In this document: piece by piece, positions 1 to 8,922 of the stretch
Layout: the number at the start of each line of letters is the position of its first letter
How positions within the stretch are numbered: the first letter of the stretch is position 1
NCBI GenBank assembly: GCA_964545575.1
Contig: CAZJFL010000005.1
Span: 8,617-72,616, forward strand
Source: an uncultured Planctomycetales bacterium
GTDB lineage: Bacteria; Omnitrophota; Gorgyraeia; Gygaellales; Profunditerraquicolaceae
DNA length: 64,000 nucleotides
Direction of reading: 5' to 3'
Made by a program: the position numbers and the translations under genes
The notes under the pieces: model-generated
The model's database searches: none
Told to the model about the DNA's origin: nothing
What the model saw: only the letters and a program-made list of their open reading frames with translations

Positions 1-201
1 GGGACTTTAGCAGGCCCGAGTATCCAGGCAATAAAGAGTTTATTAAAAAGCGGGATAGGCGTTATCGCTGCGGGAGGAATATCTTCTCTGGAAGATATTC
101 GTAAGCTCTCTAGCTTAAGGAGCAAAGGGCTGGCGGGTATAATTATAGGTAAGGCGCTTTACGAAGGCAGGTTTACTTTGCCGCAGGCATTAAAAATCTG
201 A
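1..201 (+). CDS. hisA: HisA isomerase, 3' end (partial)
   Basis: Manual frame-1 translation GTLAGPS...VIAAGGISSLEDI...GIIIGKALYEG matches the HisA C-terminus; TGA at 199-201; upstream of hisF. Confidence 0.9.
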   Translation, partial: GTLAGPSIQAIKSLLKSGIGVIAAGGISSLEDIRKLSSLRSKGLAGIIIGKALYEGRFTLPQALKI

Positions 202-225
202 CCCAAAAGGCGGAAGGAGGAAAAG

Positions 226-678
226 ATGTTTCGCAAAGTCGTTATTTTTTCTTTTTTATTTGCTTCCCTGATTTTACTTAACGGTTGCGCATCCGGGCGC
301 CGCTCAAGCGATATGGAAATACAGGGTTTAAAAAACCAGGTTTCACTTTTAGAGTCGCAGGTGCAGTCTAAGGATGAAGAGATAAACAGCCTCAGGGACT
401 CTTTAAACAAAGCTCAGGCAGAAAAAGAAACGGTTACCAGAGAAAAGCTAAAAAAGAAGGTGATTGCGGAAGTCTGGACACGCCCCAAAGTCAGGGATAT
501 ACAGATTGCCTTGCTCAATGCCGGTTATAATCCCGGGGCGGTAGACGGCAGGATGGGCAAACAGACTAGAAACGCCATCAGGGCATTCCAGAAGGCGCAT
601 AATTTAGCGCTAACCGGTAAAGTGGGTAAAAAAACTTGGGCCTTGTTGAGAGAATATCTGGAGAAGAAGGTTAAGTAA
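226..678 (+). CDS. Lipoprotein with coiled coil and C-terminal peptidoglycan-binding (PG_binding_1-like) domain
   Basis: Lipobox LNGC; [31 protein letters not shown]...[10 protein letters not shown]; SD GGAGG upstream. Confidence 0.85.
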   Translation: MFRKVVIFSFLFASLILLNGCASGRRSSDMEIQGLKNQVSLLESQVQSKDEEINSLRDSLNKAQAEKETVTREKLKKKVIAEVWTRPKVRDIQIALLNAGYNPGAVDGRMGKQTRNAIRAFQKAHNLALTGKVGKKTWALLREYLEKKVK

Positions 679-680
679 CT

Positions 681-1496
681 GTGTTAACTAAACGTATAAT
701 CCCTTGTTTAGATATCAAAGACGGCCGGGTAGTAAAGGGTGTCAAATTCTTAGGGCTTCGGGATGCAGGCGACCCGGTAGAAGTAGCCAGGGTCTACGAC
801 CAGCAGGGCGCCGATGAGCTGGTGTTTTTAGATATCACTGCCAGTTTTGAGAACAGAAAAACGCTAGTTGAGCTGGTGGAGGCGATAGCTAAAAATATTT
901 TTATGCCTTTTACCGTCGGCGGAGGGATCAGGGATATAACCGATATCAGGGACCTCTTGAACGCCGGAGCGGATAAGGTATCGATAAATACGGCAGCGGT
1001 AAAATTGCCGGATCTGATCGCGGAGTCTGCGCTGAAGTTCGGCAGCCAGTGTATAGTTGTAGCCATAGATGCTAAGTCGGTTCAGAGTTCAGAGTTCAGA
1101 GTTCAGAGTAAAGAACCAAGAACTATGAACAATGAACCACGAAGTAAAACATGGGAAGTGTACATTAACGGGGGCAGGACGCCGACAGAGCTGGATGCCC
1201 TGGAATGGGCCAAGCAGGCGGCCAATCTGGGAGCAGGCGAGCTCCTACTTACCAGCATGGATTACGACGGCACCAAAGACGGCTATGACATCGGGCTTAC
1301 CAAGCAGATAACCGAGTTAGTGAATATTCCGGTGATTGCTTCCGGAGGCGCAGGCAAGCTGGAGCATTTTTACGATGTCTTTGCCCGCGCAGGGGCGGAT
1401 GCGGCGCTGGCCGCTTCTATTTTTCACTACCAAGAGTATTGCGTTAAAGAGGTAAAAGATTACCTGGAAGGAAAGGGAGTTCCGGTGAGGCTATGA
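681..1496 (+). CDS. hisF: Imidazole glycerol phosphate synthase cyclase subunit, with ~20-aa repeat-derived insertion
   Basis: [40 protein letters not shown] motifs; GTG start. Confidence 0.97.
   Translation: MLTKRIIPCLDIKDGRVVKGVKFLGLRDAGDPVEVARVYDQQGADELVFLDITASFENRKTLVELVEAIAKNIFMPFTVGGGIRDITDIRDLLNAGADKVSINTAAVKLPDLIAESALKFGSQCIVVAIDAKSVQSSEFRVQSKEPRTMNNEPRSKTWEVYINGGRTPTELDALEWAKQAANLGAGELLLTSMDYDGTKDGYDIGLTKQITELVNIPVIASGGAGKLEHFYDVFARAGADAALAASIFHYQEYCVKEVKDYLEGKGVPVRL
1080..1141. repeat. Inverted pair of heptamer arrays in hisF: (GTTCAGA)x4, then (GAACnnn)x4
   Basis: GTTCAGA x4 at 1080-1107; GAACCAA GAACTAT GAACAAT GAACCAC at 1113-1140. Confidence 0.95.
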
Positions 1497-1825
1497 AAAA
1501 GATAAAGTTCGCCGTAAAAAAATTAAAGTTCGATAAAGAAAAACTGATCCCGGCGATAATACAGGATTATAAGACGGATGAAGTATTGATGCTAGCTTAT
1601 ATGAACTCTGAATCCGTCAGGCGGACTTTAAAATCAGGCAAGACCTGTTTCTGGTCGCGTTCGCGCCGGGAATACTGGATAAAAGGAGCGACCTCCGGAA
1701 ATTACCAGTATGTAAAATCAATCGCTTATGATTGCGATATGGATGCGCTGCTGATTAAAGTGAGGCAGGTGGGAGTGGCCTGCCACACCGGCAACCGCTC
1801 GTGTTTCTACAGGAAAATAAAATAA
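1493..1825 (+). CDS. hisI: Phosphoribosyl-AMP cyclohydrolase
   Basis: [34 protein letters not shown]. Confidence 0.96.
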   Translation: MKKIKFAVKKLKFDKEKLIPAIIQDYKTDEVLMLAYMNSESVRRTLKSGKTCFWSRSRREYWIKGATSGNYQYVKSIAYDCDMDALLIKVRQVGVACHTGNRSCFYRKIK

Positions 1826-3312
1826 TGTATTATCCGGCTCTAAAAGAATTCTTAAAGCTATCTAAAAAGGGCAACGTCATCCCGGTCTATAAGGAAATAA
1901 ACGCCGACCTGGATACGCCGGTATCTGCCTTTTTAAAGATTAAAAAAGACGACTACGCTTTTCTCCTGGAATCCGTAGAGGGGCAGGAGAATATTGCGCG
2001 CTATTCTTTTTTAGGCAGTAACCCGTCATTGATTTTTAAAAGCAAGGGGCGCAATATCCGGATCATCCGCCCCAATAAAAAAACAGCGCGTAATTTTAAT
2101 ACCAGAGATGACCCCTTAAGCGAAATCAAAAAAGTGATGCGCGGGTTTCAGGCCGTCCAGATCAAAGGCCTGCCGCGTTTCTCGGGCGGGCTGGTCGGGT
2201 TTATCGGCTATGACATGGTCAGGTTTTTTGAAGAGATAGCGGATAAGAATCCCGATGATTTGCAATTACCGGATGCGGTTTTTATCCTGACCGACACGAT
2301 CCTCGTCTTTGACCATGTCAACCATACCATCAAGATTGTCTCTAATGTTATGCTGCCGAAGGCGCGCGGTGAGGTTTCCAAGACAGAGAAGACCAGGGCT
2401 TATCAGCACGCCCTCAGAAAGATAGAGGTTATCCACCAGGACTTAAAGCGGCCACTGGCAGAGCGCAAAATTGGCTTGACAGCTGTCCCCCGGGCAGCTA
2501 TAGTATCTAACTTTAAAAGAAAGCAATTTTGTGGTATCGTTAATCAGGCCAAGGCCTATATAAAAAAGGGGGATATTATTCAGGCGGTCCTCTCGCAGAG
2601 GTTTAAGCTTAAGATTAAAAAAAGCCCCTTTGATATTTACCGCGCCCTGCGCAGCCTTAACCCTTCCCCCTACATGTTCTTTTTAAAATTAAAGGATCTG
2701 ACCCTGGCAGGCGCTTCTCCGGAGATGCTGGTGCGCGTGGAGGACGGGCGGGTAGAGACCCGCCCCATTGCCGGGACGCGGCCGCGCGGGAAAAATGAGG
2801 TGGAAGATAAAAAACTAGAGAAAGAACTACTCGCTGATATTAAGGAAAAAGCAGAGCATATCATGCTTGTGGATTTGGGGAGAAATGATTTAGGCAGGGT
2901 CTGCCGGGCAGGAGAGGTGAAGGTAAGTGAGTTTATGCATGTGGAAAAATATTCGCACGTGATGCATTTAGTCACCGCAGTAAGCGGAAAGCTGAATAGA
3001 AGATATGATAGTTACGACGTGCTTCGGGCGAGTTTCCCCGCCGGGACAGTCACCGGTAGCCCCAAGATCCGCGCCATGGAGATCATTGACGAGCTGGAAA
3101 ACCTGCGGCGCGGCCCTTATGCCGGCTGCGTGGGTTATTTCAGTTTTTCGCATAATCTGGATACCTGTATTACGCTGCGCACAGTGATCATCAAGGGTAA
3201 TACCGCTTATGTCCAGGCAGGGGCGGGTATCGTCGCGGATTCTGTTCCGGAAAAAGAATATCAGGAGTCGATCAATAAAGCAAAAGCATTAATAGAGGCG
3301 ATTAACGATTAA
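1825..3312 (+). CDS. trpE: Anthranilate synthase component I
   Basis: FLLES, NPSPYM, PIAGTRPRG, EHIMLVDLGRND, PAGTVTGSPK; start taken at the ATG overlapping the hisI stop (TAATG). Confidence 0.92.
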   Translation: MYYPALKEFLKLSKKGNVIPVYKEINADLDTPVSAFLKIKKDDYAFLLESVEGQENIARYSFLGSNPSLIFKSKGRNIRIIRPNKKTARNFNTRDDPLSEIKKVMRGFQAVQIKGLPRFSGGLVGFIGYDMVRFFEEIADKNPDDLQLPDAVFILTDTILVFDHVNHTIKIVSNVMLPKARGEVSKTEKTRAYQHALRKIEVIHQDLKRPLAERKIGLTAVPRAAIVSNFKRKQFCGIVNQAKAYIKKGDIIQAVLSQRFKLKIKKSPFDIYRALRSLNPSPYMFFLKLKDLTLAGASPEMLVRVEDGRVETRPIAGTRPRGKNEVEDKKLEKELLADIKEKAEHIMLVDLGRNDLGRVCRAGEVKVSEFMHVEKYSHVMHLVTAVSGKLNRRYDSYDVLRASFPAGTVTGSPKIRAMEIIDELENLRRGPYAGCVGYFSFSHNLDTCITLRTVIIKGNTAYVQAGAGIVADSVPEKEYQESINKAKALIEAIND

Positions 3313-3323
3313 AGGAGGAGTAT

Positions 3324-3569
3324 ATGGCAGTAAGAGTCCGTTTAAGAAGGATAGGCAAGAACCCCAAGAAAAGGCCGTTTTTCAGGTTAAGCGTTTTTGA
3401 AGAAACCCGCAACCGCGACGGCAGGTTCATCGAAGAAATAGGTTTTTATAATCCGGTTACCGGAACCGCAAAAATAAAGCAGGAGCGCCTCGATTATTGG
3501 GTGAAAAACGGAGCGCAGGTTTCGCCGACCATCAAGAGTTTAGCCAGAAAAGCCAAAAAGGAGGCATAA
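3324..3569 (+). CDS. rpsP: 30S ribosomal protein S16
   Basis: MAVRVRLRRIGK..RDGRFIEEIGFYNP..W..NGAQ.S; SD AAGGAGG. Confidence 0.95.
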   Translation: MAVRVRLRRIGKNPKKRPFFRLSVFEETRNRDGRFIEEIGFYNPVTGTAKIKQERLDYWVKNGAQVSPTIKSLARKAKKEA

Positions 3570-3572
3570 AAA

Positions 3573-3869
3573 ATGCCAGCACAGGCCAATCCGCTAGCAA
3601 GTTTTTTTCCTTTAGTCCTTATTTTTGTTATTTTTTATTTTTTGCTTATCCGCCCGCAAAAGACAAAGGAGAAAGAGCACCAGAAGATGATCAGCGCTCT
3701 TAATAAAAATGACGAAGTGGTCACTTCCGGGGGAATCCACGGGACGATCATCAACGTAAAAGACCGGACCCTGATTTTAAGGATAGACGAAAACGTCAAG
3801 ATAGAAATAGAGAAGAGTTGCATTGTTTATCTAAAGAAGGCGCAAAGCGCAGCCACTCCAGGAGCCTAA
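3573..3869 (+). CDS. yajC: Preprotein translocase subunit YajC
   Basis: IFYFLLIRPQ, EVVTSGGIHG; precedes secDF. Confidence 0.95.
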   Translation: MPAQANPLASFFPLVLIFVIFYFLLIRPQKTKEKEHQKMISALNKNDEVVTSGGIHGTIINVKDRTLILRIDENVKIEIEKSCIVYLKKAQSAATPGA

Positions 3870-3873
3870 GGTT

Positions 3874-6075
3874 ATGGAAAGAAAACTTTTATATAAGACA
3901 ATCCTCATTTTAGCAGTGGTAGGCACCTGCGCCTATTTTACTTTCCCTTTGCAGAAAAGGATAAACTTAGGATTAGATTTAAGAGGGGGGATGCACCTTT
4001 TGCTAAAGGTCGATATGAGCAAGCTTTCCGATAAGGCCAAGGTCGATGCCGCCGATAGGGCAGTGGAGGTAATCAGGAACAGGATCGATGAGTTCGGCGT
4101 AAGGGAGACTTCCATCCAAAGGCAGGGAGAGGATGAAATTGTGGTGCAGTTGCCCGGCGTTACCGATAGGGGCCGGGCCATAGATATCATCGGCAAAACC
4201 GCGCTCCTGGAGTTTAAAATCGTTTCCACCGATAGCGATAAAATCAAACAGGCCATTGAAGGCAATCTGCCGGAAGGTTATGAATTGAAATATGCGCAGG
4301 AAGATAATGAACCCCTGCTTTTAGAAAAGCAGGCGGTTTTGACCGGGGATGCGCTTTCTAATGCGGCAGTGCGTTTTGACCAGAGCCAGTTTAATGAACC
4401 GCTGGTAGGATTAGAGTTTAATGCCGAGGGGGCAAAGAAGTTTGCCGAGATCACCGCTGCCAATGTAGGTAAGCGGCTGGCGATTGTCTTAGACGGAAAA
4501 GTCCAGTCTGCGCCGCGCATCAGGGAAGCCATACCCTCGGGGCAGGCAGTGATTCAGGGCCGTTTTGATATTCAGCAGGCGCAGGACCTGGCGATTATCT
4601 TAAGAGTAGGCGCGCTTCCCGCGCCGATGTATATAGAGGAAGAAAGGACGGTCGGCCCTTTATTAGGGCAGGACTCGATTAATAACGGAATCAAAGCCAC
4701 CCTTATCGGAGGCACCCTGGTATTTGTTTTTATGGCGGTATATTATCTTCTGGCGGGGATTATTTCCGACATTGCGCTATTTTTAAACTTACTGATGATT
4801 CTAGGGGGGTTAGGGATTTTACCGGTATTATTCCCCGGCGTATCCGCAACCCTGACTTTACCCGGCATAGCCGGTATTGCTTTATCTTTGGGTATGGCGG
4901 TAGACGCAAACGTACTGATTAACGAGCGTATCAGAGAGGAATTAAAGGCAGGCAGGCCTTTGCGTGCCGCTATAACTAACGGTTATGACCGCGCCTTCAG
5001 CGCTATTTTTGATTCTAACTTCACTACTTTGATTGCGGCCTTTCTCTTATTTCAGTTCGGCACCGGGCCGATCAGGGGTTTCGCCGTCACTTTGACCATC
5101 GGCCTTATCGCCAGCATGTTTACCGCAATCGTGGTCACGCGCACGATATTTGAGGTTCTCTTAGGGTTTGGTTGGTTGAAGTCTCTGCCGATGCTGCAGC
5201 TGATCAAGGAGACAAAGTTTGATTTTATCGGCAAGAGAAAGATTTTTTACGCGGTGTCTTTAATAGTCATCGCTATCGGTTTATTTTCGTTTTTTACCAA
5301 AGGCCATAAAGCCTACGGCATTGATTTTGCCGGAGGCCAGCTGCAGGAATATAGTTTTAAGTCCCCGGTTTCGGTAGACCGGGTGCGTGCAGCGCTTAAG
5401 GAATTGAACTTAGGCGACGCCTCCATACAGCAATTCAAAGAAAAACCCAACGTCCTGCTGATTAAGACAGTGGAAGATAAAAACCAGGCGATTACGGATA
5501 AATTAAAAGAGATATTCCCCGACCAGGATATACAGATTTTAAGGATCGAACGCGTTGGCCCGATAGCGGGGAAACACTTGAAGGACAAGGCAACTCATGC
5601 TTTACTCTGGTCTTTGATCGGGATCCTGATTTACGTAGGTTTCCGGTTCAAGCATATCAACTTTGCGATAGCCGGCATCATCGCGCTATTTCATGACGTT
5701 TTGGTAACCTTAGGGTTTTTGGCGTTTACCGGCAGGCAGATAGATTTATTAAGCATCACTGCCTTCCTGACCATTGTAGGCTATTCTATCAACGATACTA
5801 TCGTCATTTATGACCGCGTCAGGGAGAATGGCCGCCTTTACCGGAAACTCTCTCTTGCGGAATTAATAAACTTAAGCGTAAACCAGACCCTGGGCCGCAC
5901 CATCCTTACTTCCGGCGTCACCTTGCTGGTAGTCATTTCCATTTTATTCTACGGAGGAGAAGTCTTAAGTAACTTTGCTTTCGCGTTACTGGTAGGTTTT
6001 ATTTCAGGCGTTTACTCTACGGTTTATATTGCCTCGCCATTAGTTCTTGCCTGGGGCCGCAAAAGCGCGAAATAG
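3874..6075 (+). CDS. secDF: Fused protein translocase subunit SecDF
   Basis: NLGLDLRGG, GMAVDANVLINERIREE (SecD); GIDFAGG, GYSINDTIVIYDRVRE (SecF). Confidence 0.96.
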   Translation: MERKLLYKTILILAVVGTCAYFTFPLQKRINLGLDLRGGMHLLLKVDMSKLSDKAKVDAADRAVEVIRNRIDEFGVRETSIQRQGEDEIVVQLPGVTDRGRAIDIIGKTALLEFKIVSTDSDKIKQAIEGNLPEGYELKYAQEDNEPLLLEKQAVLTGDALSNAAVRFDQSQFNEPLVGLEFNAEGAKKFAEITAANVGKRLAIVLDGKVQSAPRIREAIPSGQAVIQGRFDIQQAQDLAIILRVGALPAPMYIEEERTVGPLLGQDSINNGIKATLIGGTLVFVFMAVYYLLAGIISDIALFLNLLMILGGLGILPVLFPGVSATLTLPGIAGIALSLGMAVDANVLINERIREELKAGRPLRAAITNGYDRAFSAIFDSNFTTLIAAFLLFQFGTGPIRGFAVTLTIGLIASMFTAIVVTRTIFEVLLGFGWLKSLPMLQLIKETKFDFIGKRKIFYAVSLIVIAIGLFSFFTKGHKAYGIDFAGGQLQEYSFKSPVSVDRVRAALKELNLGDASIQQFKEKPNVLLIKTVEDKNQAITDKLKEIFPDQDIQILRIERVGPIAGKHLKDKATHALLWSLIGILIYVGFRFKHINFAIAGIIALFHDVLVTLGFLAFTGRQIDLLSITAFLTIVGYSINDTIVIYDRVRENGRLYRKLSLAELINLSVNQTLGRTILTSGVTLLVVISILFYGGEVLSNFAFALLVGFISGVYSTVYIASPLVLAWGRKSAK

Positions 6076-6076
6076 C

Positions 6077-6096
6077 CCTGCCTGCCGGCAGGCAGG
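6077..6096. repeat. Perfect 20-bp palindrome CCTGCCTGCCGGCAGGCAGG bracketed by 11-bp direct repeat CGCAAAAGCGC
   Basis: Direct repeats at 6058-6068 and 6097-6107; palindrome read directly. Confidence 0.9.
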
Positions 6097-6116
6097 CGCA
6101 AAAGCGCTAGCGTAAT

Positions 6117-8003
6117 ATGTTTAAATCCCTCAAACTCTACACAGACGGCACGCTTGATTTAGAGGCTGTTATCGCTTCGCTGGTTGATTTCGGTTACAGC
6201 CGGCAGGAAAGGACAGCGCAGGAAGGAGATTTTTCCCGCCGCGGCGGAATCCTGGATATATTCCCCTTCACTTTTGAATTACCCATCCGCATAGAATTAG
6301 ACGGAGACAGGGTTGTTTCGATTAAAACATTTAATCCTGCTTCCGGGGAATCCCTCTGGGAACACAAGATGGTGATTGTCCTGCCGATAAAGAAAACCCA
6401 TGCCCTAAAGACAGCCACTTTTCAGGAAGATTTCCCCGTGGAGAACTTTGTTGACCTGGATATCGGCGATTATGTCGTGCATACCCAGCATGGCATCGGA
6501 AAATTCCTGGGTCTGGATAAAATAAAAATAAAAGATAAGCCTAAAGACCACCTGGTTATCGAATACGACCATCAGGAGAAATTATATGTTCCGGTGGAGG
6601 AGATGCATCTGGTGCAGAAGTATATTACTTTCGAGACCAGAAGGCCGAAGTTATACCGTTTAGGCAGCAAGGAATGGACCCGCACCAAGGAAAAAACCAG
6701 GAAAGCAATTCAGAAGTTTGCCTGGGAGATTTTGTCTTTACAGGCGATGCGCCTGAGCGTGGAGGGGTTCGCCTATGCTAAAGATACGGACTGGCAGAAA
6801 CAGTTCGAGGAGACCTTTGCCTTTAAAGAGACTCCTGACCAGGTCAGGGCAACCGAAGAGGTCAAGCGCGATATGGAATCAGCCAAGCCCATGGACAGGC
6901 TGCTTTGCGGCGATGTCGGCTATGGCAAGACAGAGGTAGCGATGCGCGCGGCATTTAAGGCGGTGATGGATAATAAGCAGGTAGCCTTTCTTGTCCCCAC
7001 CACTATTTTGGCCGAGCAGCATTATCAGAACTTTAGCCAGCGCCTCGGCGATTTTCCCTTAAGGGTAGAGATGCTTTCGCGCTTTAAGAGCCCCAGAGAG
7101 CAGAAAGAGATTAGCGCAGGTATCGCCTCCGGAGCCGTGGATATGGTCATCGGTACGCACCGGCTAGTGTCCGAGGATATAAAGTTTAAAGATTTGGGCC
7201 TGGTGATTATCGACGAAGAGCAGCGCTTCGGGGTAAGGACAAAAGAAAAGCTCAAGACCTTAAGGCTCAATACCGACGTGCTTACCCTTACCGCTACCCC
7301 GATTCCGCGCACTCTCTACATGAGCCTGATGGGGGCTAAGGATCTCTCGGCAATCAACACTGCGCCACAAAATAGGTTGCCGATCAAGACGGTTGTGGTA
7401 GAATATGATACAGACCTGCTGCGCCAGGCGATATTGCGGGAATTAGGCAGAAAAGGGCAGGTATATTTTGTCCATAACCAGGTGCAGGATATTGAAAAAA
7501 TAAAGGATAAAATTACCCGCATCCTGCCCCCCGAGGTGAGGATCGCCGTAGCGCACGGGCAGATGCCCGGTGCGGTGCTTGAGCAGGTGATGTCGGATTT
7601 CCTGAAAGCAAAAATAGATATATTGCTCTGCACCATGATCATCGAGTCCGGCATAGATATACCTAATGTCAATACCATTATTGTTAACAATGCCCACCAT
7701 TTCGGTTTATCGGACCTGCATCAGCTGCGCGGCAGGGTGGGCAGGTTTAACCGCCACGCCTACGCTTATTTTGTCATTCCGCGTCAGGAAGTCCTGGATA
7801 CAGATGCCCAAAAAAGATTAAACGCGATACAGGAATACGCGCATCTGGGCGCCGGTTTTAAGATTGCGATGGAAGACTTAGAGATCAGAGGCGCCGGAAA
7901 TCTCCTGGGGTTAGAGCAGCACGGGTTTATTGCTGCGGTGGGGTTCGATCTTTATTGCAGGTTATTAAGGGAAGCAGTAGGTACGCTTAAAAAGGTCGTC
8001 TAA
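6117..8003 (+). CDS. mfd: Transcription-repair coupling factor, shortened form (628 aa)
   Basis: RGGILDIFP (UvrB-homology D2), GDYVVH..HGIG (RID), DRLLCGDVGYGKTEVA, DEEQRFG, QLRGRVGR, DLEIRGAGNLLG..QHG; ends before the TRCF C-terminal domain. Confidence 0.9.
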   Translation: MFKSLKLYTDGTLDLEAVIASLVDFGYSRQERTAQEGDFSRRGGILDIFPFTFELPIRIELDGDRVVSIKTFNPASGESLWEHKMVIVLPIKKTHALKTATFQEDFPVENFVDLDIGDYVVHTQHGIGKFLGLDKIKIKDKPKDHLVIEYDHQEKLYVPVEEMHLVQKYITFETRRPKLYRLGSKEWTRTKEKTRKAIQKFAWEILSLQAMRLSVEGFAYAKDTDWQKQFEETFAFKETPDQVRATEEVKRDMESAKPMDRLLCGDVGYGKTEVAMRAAFKAVMDNKQVAFLVPTTILAEQHYQNFSQRLGDFPLRVEMLSRFKSPREQKEISAGIASGAVDMVIGTHRLVSEDIKFKDLGLVIIDEEQRFGVRTKEKLKTLRLNTDVLTLTATPIPRTLYMSLMGAKDLSAINTAPQNRLPIKTVVVEYDTDLLRQAILRELGRKGQVYFVHNQVQDIEKIKDKITRILPPEVRIAVAHGQMPGAVLEQVMSDFLKAKIDILLCTMIIESGIDIPNVNTIIVNNAHHFGLSDLHQLRGRVGRFNRHAYAYFVIPRQEVLDTDAQKRLNAIQEYAHLGAGFKIAMEDLEIRGAGNLLGLEQHGFIAAVGFDLYCRLLREAVGTLKKVV

Positions 8004-8004
8004 G

Positions 8005-8922
8005 ATGAAGAAAATTCCTGCGATCATTTTATTATTTATAGCTTGGGGTTTGGGGTTTGGGATTTGGAATGCCCATGCCCAGGACAAAATCGTGGCTATT
8101 GTCAATAATGACATCGTCACCCAGAAAGACCTGGATGACTTTATCAATGTGATGCGCATCCAGTTATCAGAGGAGCTGCAAGGCAAAGAGCTGGAGAGTA
8201 AAATCCAGTCCATCAAGCTGGATTTGCTGGACAAACTTATCGAAGACCGCCTTATCCTGCAGGAGGCAAAGAAAGAAAAGCTCCGGCCTAACGAAGGCAT
8301 GATCAAGGGTAAAATTGAGGAGATGAAGAAGCATTATGATTCAGAAGAAGCGTTCAACAATGCCTTGGTCAAGCAGGGGCTGGTGCAGGCGGATTTAGAG
8401 GATAAGATCAGGGAGCAGCTCTTGATGCGCGGCATCGTAGAGAGCAAGGTAAAAGCGAGGATTTCGGTCAGCCCTAATGAAGTTATGGATTTTTACCAGA
8501 GGAACATGGAGAAATTCAAGCTCCCCGTGCAGCGCGAACTGGAAGTAATAAGCATGAAAAGCCAGAGCCTGGCCGGCGAGATTTTTAATGGTTTAAAACA
8601 AGGTAAGACCGTGCAAGAGCTTTTAGAGAAATATTCGCTTGTCACAGATAAGATTACCGCGATGCAAAACGGCCAGTTAAGAAAGGATATCGAAGATAAA
8701 ATATTCCAGCTTAATCTTGGCGAGTCAACTGACAGTATTCAGGTCGAAGACAATTATTATATATTTAAATTAGTCGCAATAATCCCTCCGCAGCAGCAAA
8801 CCCTCTCGGAAGTACAAGAAGAAATCCGTTCCTTCCTGCTGGAAGAAAAGATGCAGAAAGAATTAGCCAAGTGGATAGATGAGCTTAAGAAACGTTCCTA
8901 CATCAAAATCTACCAGAATTAG
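8005..8922 (+). CDS. SurA/PrsA-like periplasmic chaperone (SurA N-domain plus degenerate parvulin)
   Basis: Signal peptide, DKIVAIVNNDIVT, LLDKLIEDRLILQEA; surA-pdxA-rsmA synteny. Confidence 0.85.
   Translation: MKKIPAIILLFIAWGLGFGIWNAHAQDKIVAIVNNDIVTQKDLDDFINVMRIQLSEELQGKELESKIQSIKLDLLDKLIEDRLILQEAKKEKLRPNEGMIKGKIEEMKKHYDSEEAFNNALVKQGLVQADLEDKIREQLLMRGIVESKVKARISVSPNEVMDFYQRNMEKFKLPVQRELEVISMKSQSLAGEIFNGLKQGKTVQELLEKYSLVTDKITAMQNGQLRKDIEDKIFQLNLGESTDSIQVEDNYYIFKLVAIIPPQQQTLSEVQEEIRSFLLEEKMQKELAKWIDELKKRSYIKIYQN
8043..8070. repeat. Heptamer array TTGGGGT TTGGGGT TTGGGAT TTGGAAT in signal peptide
   Basis: Read directly; encodes WGLGFGIWN. Confidence 0.85.

Noticed and set aside
3874-6075. 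SecD-SecF fusion as a novelty
   Set aside because: Fused SecDF is widespread and well known.
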